A stretch of 64,000 nt of DNA from an uncultured Actinomycetes bacterium (GTDB taxonomy: Bacteria > Actinomycetota > Actinomycetes > Nanopelagicales > Nanopelagicaceae). Below the pieces are notes generated by a model. It was not told where the DNA came from and did no database searches. It worked only from the letters and a program-made list of their open reading frames with translations. The DNA is taken from assembly GCA_903846075.1 (NCBI GenBank), contig CAIMZW010000146.1, forward strand, positions 214 to 64,213. Reading direction: 5' to 3'. Below, piece after piece: positions 1 to 8,414 of this stretch (its first letter is position 1; every line of letters begins with the position of its first letter). Made by a program: the position numbers and the translations under genes.

Positions 1-2
1 TA

Positions 3-617
3 GCACTTGCCCTCATTCTCTTCTTTCAATTCCGAGCCAAAACGTACACCCCCGTTCTCTACTGGCTAGTTGTCGTTCTCATCAGCATCGCAGGTACGCT
101 CTTTACTGACAATCTGACCGACAATCTCAATGTCTCCCTCCTCACCTCGACCATAGTTTTCTCCATCTGTCTGGCCGCGGTATTCGCAATTTGGTATAAA
201 TCTGAAAAGACATTAGCCATCCATAGCATCTACACCGACAAGCGCGAGGCTTACTACTGGCTGACAATCCTCTTCACTTTCGCGTTAGGAACGGCCACAG
301 GAGATTTAGTCGCCGAGCGTTTTAGTTTGGGATACGGAATCTCATTTTGGATTTTCGCTGGCATCATTGCGGTAGTTGCCCTCGGCTGGCATTTCAAGAA
401 AATAAATGCCGTTCTCGCTTTCTGGACAATCTATGTCATTACTCGCCCATTAGGCGCCTCTATTGGTGACCAGCTTTCTCAGGCAAAGAAAGATGGAGGC
501 TGGGGGCTGGGCACTACGAAAACCAGCATTATTTTTCTATCGGCAATCTTGGTTCTGGTTATTTATTTGGTGCGAAGCAAACGAGATCAAATAAAACTCG
601 AGCAACCGTTACAGTAA
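3..617 (+). CDS. Polytopic membrane protein, COG4705-like (5' end lies outside the window)
   Basis: The frame is open from nt 3 to TAA at 615-617; the ORF track shows only the part after the first start (327). Hydrophobic helices carry a recurring FW...G-x3-GD motif (YYWLTILFTFALGTATGD; LAFWTIYVITRPLGASIGD). Confidence 0.6.
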   Translation, partial: ALALILFFQFRAKTYTPVLYWLVVVLISIAGTLFTDNLTDNLNVSLLTSTIVFSICLAAVFAIWYKSEKTLAIHSIYTDKREAYYWLTILFTFALGTATGDLVAERFSLGYGISFWIFAGIIAVVALGWHFKKINAVLAFWTIYVITRPLGASIGDQLSQAKKDGGWGLGTTKTSIIFLSAILVLVIYLVRSKRDQIKLEQPLQ

Positions 618-652
618 CTCTGCCATTTAGGAGAGAACTCAAACTTATAAAA

Positions 653-810
653 TTGAATTTTCCGGTACCACTTGCCAATAAGGTCCCCGAGATCACATTG
701 GCTTTTTGGATTACCAAAATTCTCTCCACTGGTATCAGTTCGCAACTATTTCCATCATCCTTACAGTGGCTATCGTAGGAATGCTTGCTGGGCGTAGATT
801 AGAGAAGTGA
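653..810 (+). pseudogene. Decayed remnant of a second COG4705-like gene (N-terminal and C-terminal pieces in different frames)
   Basis: 653-778 translates to (M)NFPVPLANKVPEITLAFWITKILSTG..., repeating the AFW...T.G motif of the upstream gene, then hits a stop. Frame +2 at 733-810 reads YQFATISIILTVAIVGMLAGRRLEK*, which resembles the upstream gene's C-terminal helix TSIIFLSAILVLVIYLVRSKRDQ. Confidence 0.4.
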
Positions 811-1418
811 CCCAGAAGAATTCTTTGCACTGGAATGAGATCTACTCAAAGAAAGTAGAAAACGATTTGAGTTGGTTTCAACCCAAACCCACAATCTCGG
901 TTTATTTCATTGAGAAGTATGGCAATTCTTCCGAATCCTTCATCGATATCGGATGTGGAACTTCTACCTTGGTCGATGAGTTAGTTAAACGAGGTTTCGA
1001 AAATCTGACCCTTCTCGATATTTCTGCCCAAGCGCTCAAGATAGTTAAGAAACGATTTCCCAGCGAGAATAGAATTACGTACATCGCATCAGATGTTCTG
1101 CAGTGGCAGCCAGAAGAAGATTTTCAAATCTGGCACGATCGAGCCGTTTTTCATTTTCTTACCAGACCAGAAGAGATTTCCACTTATCAAATTCTTGCGA
1201 AATCAAGGATCTCCCATGGTGGCATTCTTATTCTCGGAACTTTCGCCCTTGATGGCCCGACCAGTTGTTCTGGATACAGGGTCTCTCAATATTCCGCAGA
1301 GACGATAAGAAAGTTATTCGAACCAGAGTTTGAACTAATTGATTCACTCGAAGAGGTTCATGAAACCCCGTGGCAGTCCAAGCAGAACTTCACCTGGACT
1401 GCCTTTCGTCGCGTCTGA
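807..1418 (+). CDS. Class I SAM-dependent methyltransferase
   Basis: GTG start. SAM-binding motif I DIGCGTSTLVDELVKRG followed by acidic LLDIS. 203 aa. Confidence 0.75.
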   Translation: MTQKNSLHWNEIYSKKVENDLSWFQPKPTISVYFIEKYGNSSESFIDIGCGTSTLVDELVKRGFENLTLLDISAQALKIVKKRFPSENRITYIASDVLQWQPEEDFQIWHDRAVFHFLTRPEEISTYQILAKSRISHGGILILGTFALDGPTSCSGYRVSQYSAETIRKLFEPEFELIDSLEEVHETPWQSKQNFTWTAFRRV

Positions 1419-1419
1419 A

Positions 1420-2466
1420 TTACGGAACGATGACCGCGCGACCCTTTACTTTTCCAGCCTGCAAATCCTTGTAAGCCTGAACCGCGTTGTTGAGAGAATA
1501 TGTTGTTATTTCGGCATGAACGAGACCGCGACCTGCAAGGTTCAGCAGTTCAACTAATTCAGGTTTGCTTCCCCAATACACGGTTTGAAGACTTACTTCA
1601 TAACCTTGAGAGAAGAAGTTGAAGGGGAAAGTGCCACCGGCAATGCCAACCACCGTTACATCCGCAAAAGTTCTCGCTGATGCCATTGCCATTTTGATGG
1701 TCGCTTCTGCCCCGACAAAATCGAGTACGACGTCGGCTCCCAAACCATTGGTTAAAGCGCGGATTTTGGCTACTGCTTCTTCGTTCGAAAGTAGGACGTA
1801 ATCAGCCCCGACTTTTGTTGCAAGATCCAGCGCCTCTTGTTTCATATCAACGGCAATTACTTTGGCACCAGATGTGGCCTTGACGAACTGCACTCCCATA
1901 TGACCAAGCCCACCTACGCCAATAACAACAACCGTTGCATCTGGGGTCATCTTCGACCACGAGCGACGAACTGCGTGATAAGGGGTAAGCCCAGCATCAG
2001 TGAGTGGAGCTGCGGTCAGTACATCTAAACCTTCGGGGATCGGAACTAAGAATCTCTCATGGGGAATTAACATGTAGTCAGCCATTCCACCGTTGAGTCC
2101 TAAGCCGCCGCCACCCCCTGGGATAGGTGCGGCCATTGGGTTTTCACAGAGGGTCTCAATTCCCAATTTACACCTGGCACATTTGCCACAACCCCAAGGT
2201 CCGTAGACCGCTACCGCATCACCAACCTTTACTTCCGATACCCCTGAACCAATTGAATCTACATAACCAGAAGTTTCATGGCCCAAGGTAAAGGGAGGAT
2301 TCCAAGGAAGTAGACCCGCCTCAAATTCATACATTAAGTGAAGGTCAGAGTGACATGCACCAGCCGCGCCCACTTTGATTACTACTTCGCCAGGACCGGG
2401 GATAGGTTTTGGAACTTCTACAAGTTCGGGATCACTTTTCCAATTCATTAACTGCAATGCACGCAT
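1420..2466 (-). CDS. Zinc-dependent alcohol dehydrogenase (MDR family)
   Basis: Starts at the internal Met (MRALQLMNW...). GHETSG catalytic-Zn motif, structural Zn Cys cluster GCGKCARCKLG..LC, Rossmann VIGVGGLGHMG. The 46-codon extension in the ORF track is atypical for the family. Confidence 0.85.
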   Translation of the reverse strand: MRALQLMNWKSDPELVEVPKPIPGPGEVVIKVGAAGACHSDLHLMYEFEAGLLPWNPPFTLGHETSGYVDSIGSGVSEVKVGDAVAVYGPWGCGKCARCKLGIETLCENPMAAPIPGGGGGLGLNGGMADYMLIPHERFLVPIPEGLDVLTAAPLTDAGLTPYHAVRRSWSKMTPDATVVVIGVGGLGHMGVQFVKATSGAKVIAVDMKQEALDLATKVGADYVLLSNEEAVAKIRALTNGLGADVVLDFVGAEATIKMAMASARTFADVTVVGIAGGTFPFNFFSQGYEVSLQTVYWGSKPELVELLNLAGRGLVHAEITTYSLNNAVQAYKDLQAGKVKGRAVIVP

Positions 2467-2603
2467 TTTTATAATCCTTAGTAAGAAGCACGTCGCCTCT
2501 TCACTTGTCATTATGCTCTCGCCTTTTGAGGATTTCCTCTCAGGTTTAGCGCTAAAACTATCTACTCCATCACATACTTCGTTGCTCGGTTTAAGGTACG
2601 TCA

Positions 2604-3089
2604 ATGGAATCTGTGACTAATAATCTGAACGTCAAACGAGTGAAGGCAGCTTTGTCAGAACTCGGCGTTGCGGGTGAAATTCGTGCTCTTTCAGCTAGCG
2701 CCCGAACCGCCCAAGAGGCAGCCGATGCGCTCAGTATTCTGGTTGGACAAGTTGCCTCATCCATCGTCTTTAAACTCCCCGACGACAGTCCATTGCTAGT
2801 AATCACTAGCGGTCGACATCGAGTAGATACTCAACTAGTTGCGAGTAACCTCGGTGTCGAAAAATTGCATCGAGTTGATGCTGATTACGTAAAAGAAGTA
2901 TCTGGCTTCTCCATTGGAGGCGTTGCGCCTATTGGATGGATCTCCTCCGCAACAATTCTCATCGATGAAGCACTTAATGATTATGACGTTGTCTGGGCTG
3001 CAGCTGGCCATCCTCATGCTGTTTATCCAACGACCTATGATGAACTCATGAGATGTACTGGCGCTTCGCCAGTATTTGTCGGCGATTAA
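2604..3089 (+). CDS. YbaK/EbsC-type aminoacyl-tRNA deacylase-like protein
   Basis: 161 aa with segments typical of the YbaK/ProX fold (ARTAQEAADAL, ITSGRHRVD, GFSIGGVAPIG). Assigned from recollection of the family. Confidence 0.55.
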   Translation: MESVTNNLNVKRVKAALSELGVAGEIRALSASARTAQEAADALSILVGQVASSIVFKLPDDSPLLVITSGRHRVDTQLVASNLGVEKLHRVDADYVKEVSGFSIGGVAPIGWISSATILIDEALNDYDVVWAAAGHPHAVYPTTYDELMRCTGASPVFVGD

Positions 3090-3105
3090 GCACGAGTAAG
3101 GGGTT

Positions 3106-3417
3106 TTGCTATTGAATGAAGTTAGAGCAGATCCGGCAGCCAGCCGATATGAAATTTACGTTGATGAGGTTCTGGCTGGATTCCTCACTTACAGATACGG
3201 ACCAAATTCCATTTCGCTCAACCATACTGAAGTCTTCCCTGAGTTCGGGGGTAAAGGCATAGCTCAAGAGTTGGTCCTATTTGTTCTCCGAGAAGCCAAG
3301 GAAAAGAATTTAGAAATACTTCCCTATTGCCCTTATGTGCCTAAAGTGATCTCCAAGTTCAAAGAAGAATTTCTCGAACTGGTGCCAGAAAATCGCCGAG
3401 CGGAATTCGGCCTTTAG
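3106..3417 (+). CDS. Small GNAT-like N-acetyltransferase (YjdJ type)
   Basis: 103 aa. HTEVFPEFGGKGIAQELV..........ILPYCPYV is typical of the single-domain GNAT-like family. Confidence 0.55.
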   Translation: MLLNEVRADPAASRYEIYVDEVLAGFLTYRYGPNSISLNHTEVFPEFGGKGIAQELVLFVLREAKEKNLEILPYCPYVPKVISKFKEEFLELVPENRRAEFGL

Positions 3418-3821
3418 GCTGGAAGGAGTTCGGCTAATAGCGCTTCGACATGGCCTTTAATTTGGTCTCGAATCATTCTGACGGTTTCTAAGTCTTTTCC
3501 AGCGGGATCTTCGAGAACCCAATCTTCATATTTCTTCCCAGGAAAGACCGGGCAAACATCGCCACATCCCATGGTGATTACGGCATCTGATTCTTGAACG
3601 GCTTCTGTTGTTAGGATTTTAGGAACATTGTTGGCAATATCGATTCCAAGTTCATTCATGACTTGAATCGCCACGGGGTTGATTGACTCTTTCGGTGCCG
3701 AACCTGCTGAGAGAACTTCAACTCGCCCCTTGGAAAGTTCACGCATAAATCCGGCTGCCATTTGAGAGCGCCCTGCATTATGAACACAGACAAACAAAAC
3801 TGTGGGTTTCGAATTAGCCAT
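3414..3821 (-). CDS. arsC: Arsenate reductase, LMW-PTP / thioredoxin-coupled type
   Basis: Starts at MANSKPTVLFVC. CX5R(S) P-loop CVHNAGRS, plus the downstream Cys pair in GCGDVCP. Overlaps the MIP stop by 8 nt. Confidence 0.85.
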   Translation of the reverse strand: MANSKPTVLFVCVHNAGRSQMAAGFMRELSKGRVEVLSAGSAPKESINPVAIQVMNELGIDIANNVPKILTTEAVQESDAVITMGCGDVCPVFPGKKYEDWVLEDPAGKDLETVRMIRDQIKGHVEALLAELLPA

Positions 3822-4500
3822 TCTTGGCACCTTCACTTTCTTGTGGATTAAATAACTGACCAGCAATTAAGGTCCCAATGACGGCACCAACAATTTGAGC
3901 AAGAACGAAAAACGAAACCGAATGAAGTGCAATACCTGAGAAGCTATTAGTAAAGGAACGCGCCAAGGTGACTGCAGGGTTAGCAAAAGATGTCGAAGAG
4001 GTGAAGAAATAGGCTGAGCCAATCCAGGCTGCAATAACAATGGGAGCCGAATGAGCTTTTCCAAGCGAAGTAAGAGCGTTTACAAGGAAAAGTAGTCCCG
4101 CTGTGGCAACTATCTCGGAAAGAAAGTAATTGCTTTGAGTTCGAATATGGTTTGAGTGAGAAAAAGCGGCATGGTTGAAGATTGAATTCGCCAAGATTGC
4201 TCCAACTACTCCCCCTCCGCACTGGGCGACTAGGTAGAAGGCACAATCGCGAATATTTACTTTGCCCTGGGCACAAGCGATGAGGGTAACGGCAGGATTG
4301 AAATGCGATCCGCTAATTTCAGCGAACACGTATATGAGTAAACCCAAAGTCAGTACCGTCGAAATGGCATTAATGAGTAATTGCAACCCAACATCGGTGG
4401 TCAGGTTTGTGGCCATGATTCCTGACCCAACGATGGCGCATACCAAGAGCATGGTTCCAATGAATTCTGCCAAATACTTAGAAAGTAAGGATTTTGGCAT
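3814..4500 (-). CDS. MIP-family channel (aquaglyceroporin/NIP-like, probable arsenite channel)
   Basis: Two NPA boxes (SGSHFNPAVT and FANPAVTLAR), six hydrophobic helices, arsenic-gene context. Confidence 0.85.
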   Translation of the reverse strand: MPKSLLSKYLAEFIGTMLLVCAIVGSGIMATNLTTDVGLQLLINAISTVLTLGLLIYVFAEISGSHFNPAVTLIACAQGKVNIRDCAFYLVAQCGGGVVGAILANSIFNHAAFSHSNHIRTQSNYFLSEIVATAGLLFLVNALTSLGKAHSAPIVIAAWIGSAYFFTSSTSFANPAVTLARSFTNSFSGIALHSVSFFVLAQIVGAVIGTLIAGQLFNPQESEGAKNG

Positions 4501-4503
4501 AGG

Positions 4504-5677
4504 TTAGTTCCGCAACAATACGTTGAAGAGAATTCCAATTCCGATTATTCCCAAAGCGACAATTCCAAAATAGGCTGCGAGCAACTTTGGTTTCATGACT
4601 TTACGTAGTAAGAGAGCTTCAGGAAATGACAGTGCCGTGACGTTCATACTAAAGGCCAGGAGAGTTCCCATCGGGACTCCTTTTTTCATGGAGTGCGGTT
4701 ATAACGGGAATAACGGTCGCAATTCCGGAATAAAGCGGAACTCCAATTGCCGTAGCTGCTATGACTCCCAAGACTGGACCTAGAGAGAGAAACTTCTCGA
4801 TAGTGCTCATAGGCAACCAGCCATGAATTAACGAACCGGCAGCAACACCGATCAATATAAAAAGAAAAGTTGTGCGAACGGTATCCCGAGATTCGGAAAG
4901 TGCAGATTCAAGTCGAAGTTGCAAAGAAGGTCTAATCGAATTTCCAGAAGCATCGATGAGCATCAAACTCTTGACCGGACGAACTTCAGTTCGTTCGGCA
5001 GTCGCATACCTTCGCAGCAAAAGCCCCGCGAGAACTGCGATGGCAAATCCTGTCGCCGCGTAGAGCCCAGCGACCGCCCAACCAATAGAGGTTGCGAGCA
5101 AAACAATCGAGACCTCATTGACAAGGGGGCTAGCCACTAAAAATGAAATCGCCTGGCTGACGGGAACACCGCTACGGACAAAGCCAGTAAATACAGGGAC
5201 CGCGCTACATGAGCAAAATGGAGTAGCTACGCCTATACCGGCGGCGACTGCGTGACCTTTCAACGTGTTTACGCGACTCATGTGATCGCGGACTTTATCG
5301 GCGTCAATGAAGGAACGAGCGAAAACTGCCAACATCGTGATGGCACCAAGTAAGGAGAGCAACCCGATGGAATGTGAGATGAAGAAGGAGAGTGAATCGC
5401 GGATTCTCAGTGACAAGTGCCCCATGTGAGAGGAGAGGAATTTACCCAACCAATAGTCGCTAAGAATGAAACTTGCTAGCAACCCGATGAAAGTGCCCAC
5501 GGATTTCCAGATCGGTGTTGAATTCGATAATCCAGGAGGGCAGCATTCTTCGGTGTCGCAACAATTGGCATCGGAATTGTCGCAGCAATTGGTTTGATTC
5601 GTGGGCTCGCTAGTCGCACAGCAATTGGCCACTTCAAGAACCTCAAGATATTTTGGAGCTTCGCCCAGCTGGGTCAT
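4504..5677 (-). pseudogene. COG0701 / ArsP-like permease interrupted by a one-base frameshift in an A6 run (true pseudogene, phase variant or homopolymer read error)
   Basis: The 342-aa ORF ends ...VITALHEKRSPDGNSPGL*. The overlapping 61-aa ORF reads MKKGVPMGTLLAFSMNVTALSFPEALLLRKVMKPK... Removing one A from GAAAAAAGG (T6 on + strand at 4681-4686) gives a continuous ALHEKGVPMGTLLAF... Vicinal-Cys motif TPFCSCS is present. Confidence 0.7.
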
Positions 5678-5697
5678 TTTTCTTCCGCCATTTCACC

Positions 5698-5739
5698 TAT
5701 CGAATTATTTCGATATGAGATTAGCAGTTCATATCGATA
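5698..5739. promoter_or_regulatory. Probable ArsR operator: perfect inverted repeat TATCGAA-N4-TTCGATA plus a second TATCGATA
   Basis: TATCGAATTATTTCGATA at 5698-5715 and TATCGATA at 5732-5739, located in the arsR / permease divergent spacer. Confidence 0.5.
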
Positions 5740-6059
5740 AACGTCAATGTGAGTGCGCTATACTTTCCAGCGTGTCGCACACCATTTCACTCACCAAATC
5801 TCCAAAGGTTCTGGAGAAGTTGGCCACGCAATTTAAGGCCCTCGGCGATAACACACGTCTTGAGATCATGATGGCGGTGGCGGCTGGGGAAAACGCCGAG
5901 GCTTGCGTCTGTGACCTCACTCCCGAGACGGGTTTAGCGCAAAGTACGGTTAGCCATCATCTTAAGTTGTTGGTCGAGGCCGGATTGCTCTCTCGTACCC
6001 AACGAGGCAAATGGGCCTACTACGCCCTCACGAAAGATGCTCAGCAGTTATTGGGTTAG
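5715..6059 (+). CDS. arsR: ArsR/SmtB-family metalloregulator
   Basis: CVCDL As(III)-binding motif (EACVCDL), wHTH LAQSTVSHHLKLLVEAGLL. The start is uncertain: ATG 5715 overlaps the operator palindrome and GTG 5772 is an alternative. The ORF-track start at 5601 overlaps the divergent permease. Confidence 0.85.
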   Translation: MRLAVHIDKRQCECAILSSVSHTISLTKSPKVLEKLATQFKALGDNTRLEIMMAVAAGENAEACVCDLTPETGLAQSTVSHHLKLLVEAGLLSRTQRGKWAYYALTKDAQQLLG

Positions 6060-6112
6060 TTCATTGAAGGGCAAATAAAGCCGAGTTCTCCTCTTACCTC
6101 TAAAATGCCAAC

Positions 6113-6901
6113 ATGAAGTTGTCGTTGGAGAGTTCTGGTTCTGGTGAACCACTAGTGCTGATTCATGGCATGGGTTCTGCCAGTACTGCATGGAAACTCA
6201 TCACGCCCGAACTATCGAAGAAATTTACTGTGATTACTGTTGATCTGCCAGGACATGGAAAATCTGATTTTGACCCCAACCAGCCAATGGATCCAACTTC
6301 GTTAGCTGAATTAGTCTTAAAAAATCTCAAAGATGCTGGGTATGAGAAATTTCATTTAGTGGGAAACTCCTTAGGCGGATGGATCAGCCTTGAGATGGCC
6401 GCTAATTATCCAGAATCAGTGCTTTCGGTTACCGGAGTCGCACCGGCAGGACTTTGGTTAACTCCTTGGACAATTCGAGTTCCTGGATCTGCCGTTTCTC
6501 GCTATCTAGCCACCGGGCTTCGCACCGTTGCGCCGAGTCTTCTTAAATATCAGTGGGGTCGCAAGATTGGCTTCGCCGCCGTTAGCCCACTTTGGGAAGA
6601 ATTTGATTACGAACTGTGCGTTGATGCGACCTTGGCCCTTAGTCGAGCGCAAGGTTACTTTCCAGCCTGGGACGGGTTGTTGCGTAAGCGCTTTGACAAG
6701 CCCATCTCCTCTGAAATTCCAGTAACAATTATTTTCGGAGATACCGATAACACTCTGCCTGCACGGACCAGCCAAGAGCGAGTCCTCGCTCCAGCACATG
6801 CCAGGTGGACAATTTTGCCTGATAGCGGACATGCTCCTATGTGGGATCACCCCGAAGAGGTCATCGCAGAAATCAGCGCCACTACCGGAATATCGGTGTG
6901 A
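6113..6901 (+). CDS. Alpha/beta-fold hydrolase
   Basis: Oxyanion HG (LVLIHGMGSA), nucleophile elbow GNSLGG, C-terminal catalytic His context SGHAPMWDHP. Confidence 0.8.
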   Translation: MKLSLESSGSGEPLVLIHGMGSASTAWKLITPELSKKFTVITVDLPGHGKSDFDPNQPMDPTSLAELVLKNLKDAGYEKFHLVGNSLGGWISLEMAANYPESVLSVTGVAPAGLWLTPWTIRVPGSAVSRYLATGLRTVAPSLLKYQWGRKIGFAAVSPLWEEFDYELCVDATLALSRAQGYFPAWDGLLRKRFDKPISSEIPVTIIFGDTDNTLPARTSQERVLAPAHARWTILPDSGHAPMWDHPEEVIAEISATTGISV

Positions 6902-7581
6902 TTACCGCCCTCTACCTCTGGAAAGTTTCCTGGGGTTCTACGCCTCGAGCCCTCACTCATATGGCCACTGACCAATTGCGGCTCCGACTCAATAAAGATG
7001 TTTCTTTCTTCAAATTACTTGGTACCGGCAAAGGTGAATCCTTTATACCCTCAGATGCTGACCTCACACGTTGGGGGTTGATCGTCACATTGGAAGAAAG
7101 TGTCCTGGAAAATTTTGATAACTCAGCGATGATCAATAATTGGCGAAAATTCTCCCGTTCTGAATACCGAACTGTGCTCAAACCTCTTTCGGCCCATGGG
7201 AAATGGTCAGGAGTCCAACCTTTTGCACCGACACCTATTGAAGGTTGGGATGGATCAGTTGCGGCAATCACTAGGGCGCGCATTAAGCCCGGGAAAAATC
7301 TCCTTTTTCTTAAGTCTGTTCCACCTGTAGTGGCCGACCTCCATACAAGCTCCGGATTGGAATACGCAATTGGAATTGGAGAGGCGCCAATCGGACTGCA
7401 AGGCACTTTTTCACTCTGGAAGAACAACGCATCACTTCGGGAGTTTGCCTATAAGGGGCAGGCACATAGGCAAGCAATCCTCGCCACCGAACGCGAAAAA
7501 TGGTATTCCGAGGAGTTATTTGCTCGATTCGCCGTTATCGAACAGCGCGGTGAGATCAACGGGCAACCTGCGCAGAATTAG
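6898..7581 (+). CDS. CrtA-like (spheroidene monooxygenase family) protein
   Basis: The GTG start overlaps the upstream stop (GTGA). VITALYLWKV...FFKLLGTGKGESF...RWGLIVTLEE...YRTVLKPLSAHGKWSGVQPFAP matches my recollection of the CrtA family layout. Confidence 0.55.
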   Translation: MITALYLWKVSWGSTPRALTHMATDQLRLRLNKDVSFFKLLGTGKGESFIPSDADLTRWGLIVTLEESVLENFDNSAMINNWRKFSRSEYRTVLKPLSAHGKWSGVQPFAPTPIEGWDGSVAAITRARIKPGKNLLFLKSVPPVVADLHTSSGLEYAIGIGEAPIGLQGTFSLWKNNASLREFAYKGQAHRQAILATEREKWYSEELFARFAVIEQRGEINGQPAQN

Positions 7582-7598
7582 TACGGCAGAATAAACCC

Positions 7599-8411
7599 AT
7601 GTCGATTCGCCACTACCGTCCTCGCGGAAAACGCCGCCGCGGACCCTCCTTTGGAGAAAAAGTGGTCCTCTACGTACTTCTAGCCATTGCCATTGGAACT
7701 CAGGTTGCTTATCCACTCGTACACGGAAATGCACTCCGTGATTTAACTCTTGCGATTGTTTACTTTGGCGCATTGGCAATGCTGGTTCATGGCTATCTTT
7801 CCTACGGAATCAAATACAGCCTAATCTTCATCTTCATCACCTTCTTCTTTGCACTTGGCATTGAAAAGGTAGGCAGTCGAACTGGTTGGCCGTTCGGTCG
7901 ATATCACTATGACCATTCATTGGGATTTCAAATCGCAGGAGTTCCTCTTGTGGTTCCCTTTGCCTGGTTGATGCTCTCCCACCCCATCCTGGTTCTAGCA
8001 AGACGTCTCTCTCGAAATTGGGTCTTTCTTGTGGGCGGATTAGGACTCATGGGCTGGGATCTCTTTCTTGATCCACAAATGGTGGCGGCGAATCGATGGA
8101 CCTGGAAAGTTTCTGGTCCGCACACTCCGCTCGAGTCAGGTATTCCACTTTCCAATTCTTTCGGTTGGTTACTTTCAGGAATTGCGCTTATGGGTCTGCT
8201 CAACCTTCTCCTGCCAAAGGAGAGACGAAGAAATGGTGCTAATCAGAGTGCGCCTGAAATTCTCTTGGCTTGGACCTTCTTTTCTGGCGTAGTCGGAAAT
8301 CTTTTCTTTTTTCATCGACCTGGTGTTGCAGTGATCGGTGGTTTAGTTTTCGGAGCGATTTTGACACCCTACTTTTTTAAGGCTCGCTTTGGTCGGCCGG
8401 ATGATCAATAA
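7599..8411 (+). CDS. Carotenoid biosynthesis membrane protein (CruF-like carotenoid 1,2-hydratase family)
   Basis: Polytopic. GWPFGRYHY and GVPLVVPFAWL motifs are typical of the 'carotenoid biosynthesis protein' family. Confidence 0.65.
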   Translation: MSIRHYRPRGKRRRGPSFGEKVVLYVLLAIAIGTQVAYPLVHGNALRDLTLAIVYFGALAMLVHGYLSYGIKYSLIFIFITFFFALGIEKVGSRTGWPFGRYHYDHSLGFQIAGVPLVVPFAWLMLSHPILVLARRLSRNWVFLVGGLGLMGWDLFLDPQMVAANRWTWKVSGPHTPLESGIPLSNSFGWLLSGIALMGLLNLLLPKERRRNGANQSAPEILLAWTFFSGVVGNLFFFHRPGVAVIGGLVFGAILTPYFFKARFGRPDDQ

Positions 8412-8414
8412 CTA

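Noticed and set aside
807-1418. Possible arsenite methyltransferase (ArsM), given the nearby ars island.
   Set aside because: It lacks the conserved Cys triad and the length of ArsM. It is separated from the ars genes by four unrelated genes on mixed strands.
6957-7427. Large antisense or shadow ORFs inside confident genes: 6957-7427, 9814-10254, 19867-20262, 45290-45784, 48545-48958, 59742-60188, 60541-60942 and many 60-110-aa ones.
   Set aside because: Each lies wholly within a longer ORF with clear family motifs on the other strand or frame. Their translations are Arg/Ser/Pro-rich or low-complexity without motifs. There is no independent evidence for overlapping genes.
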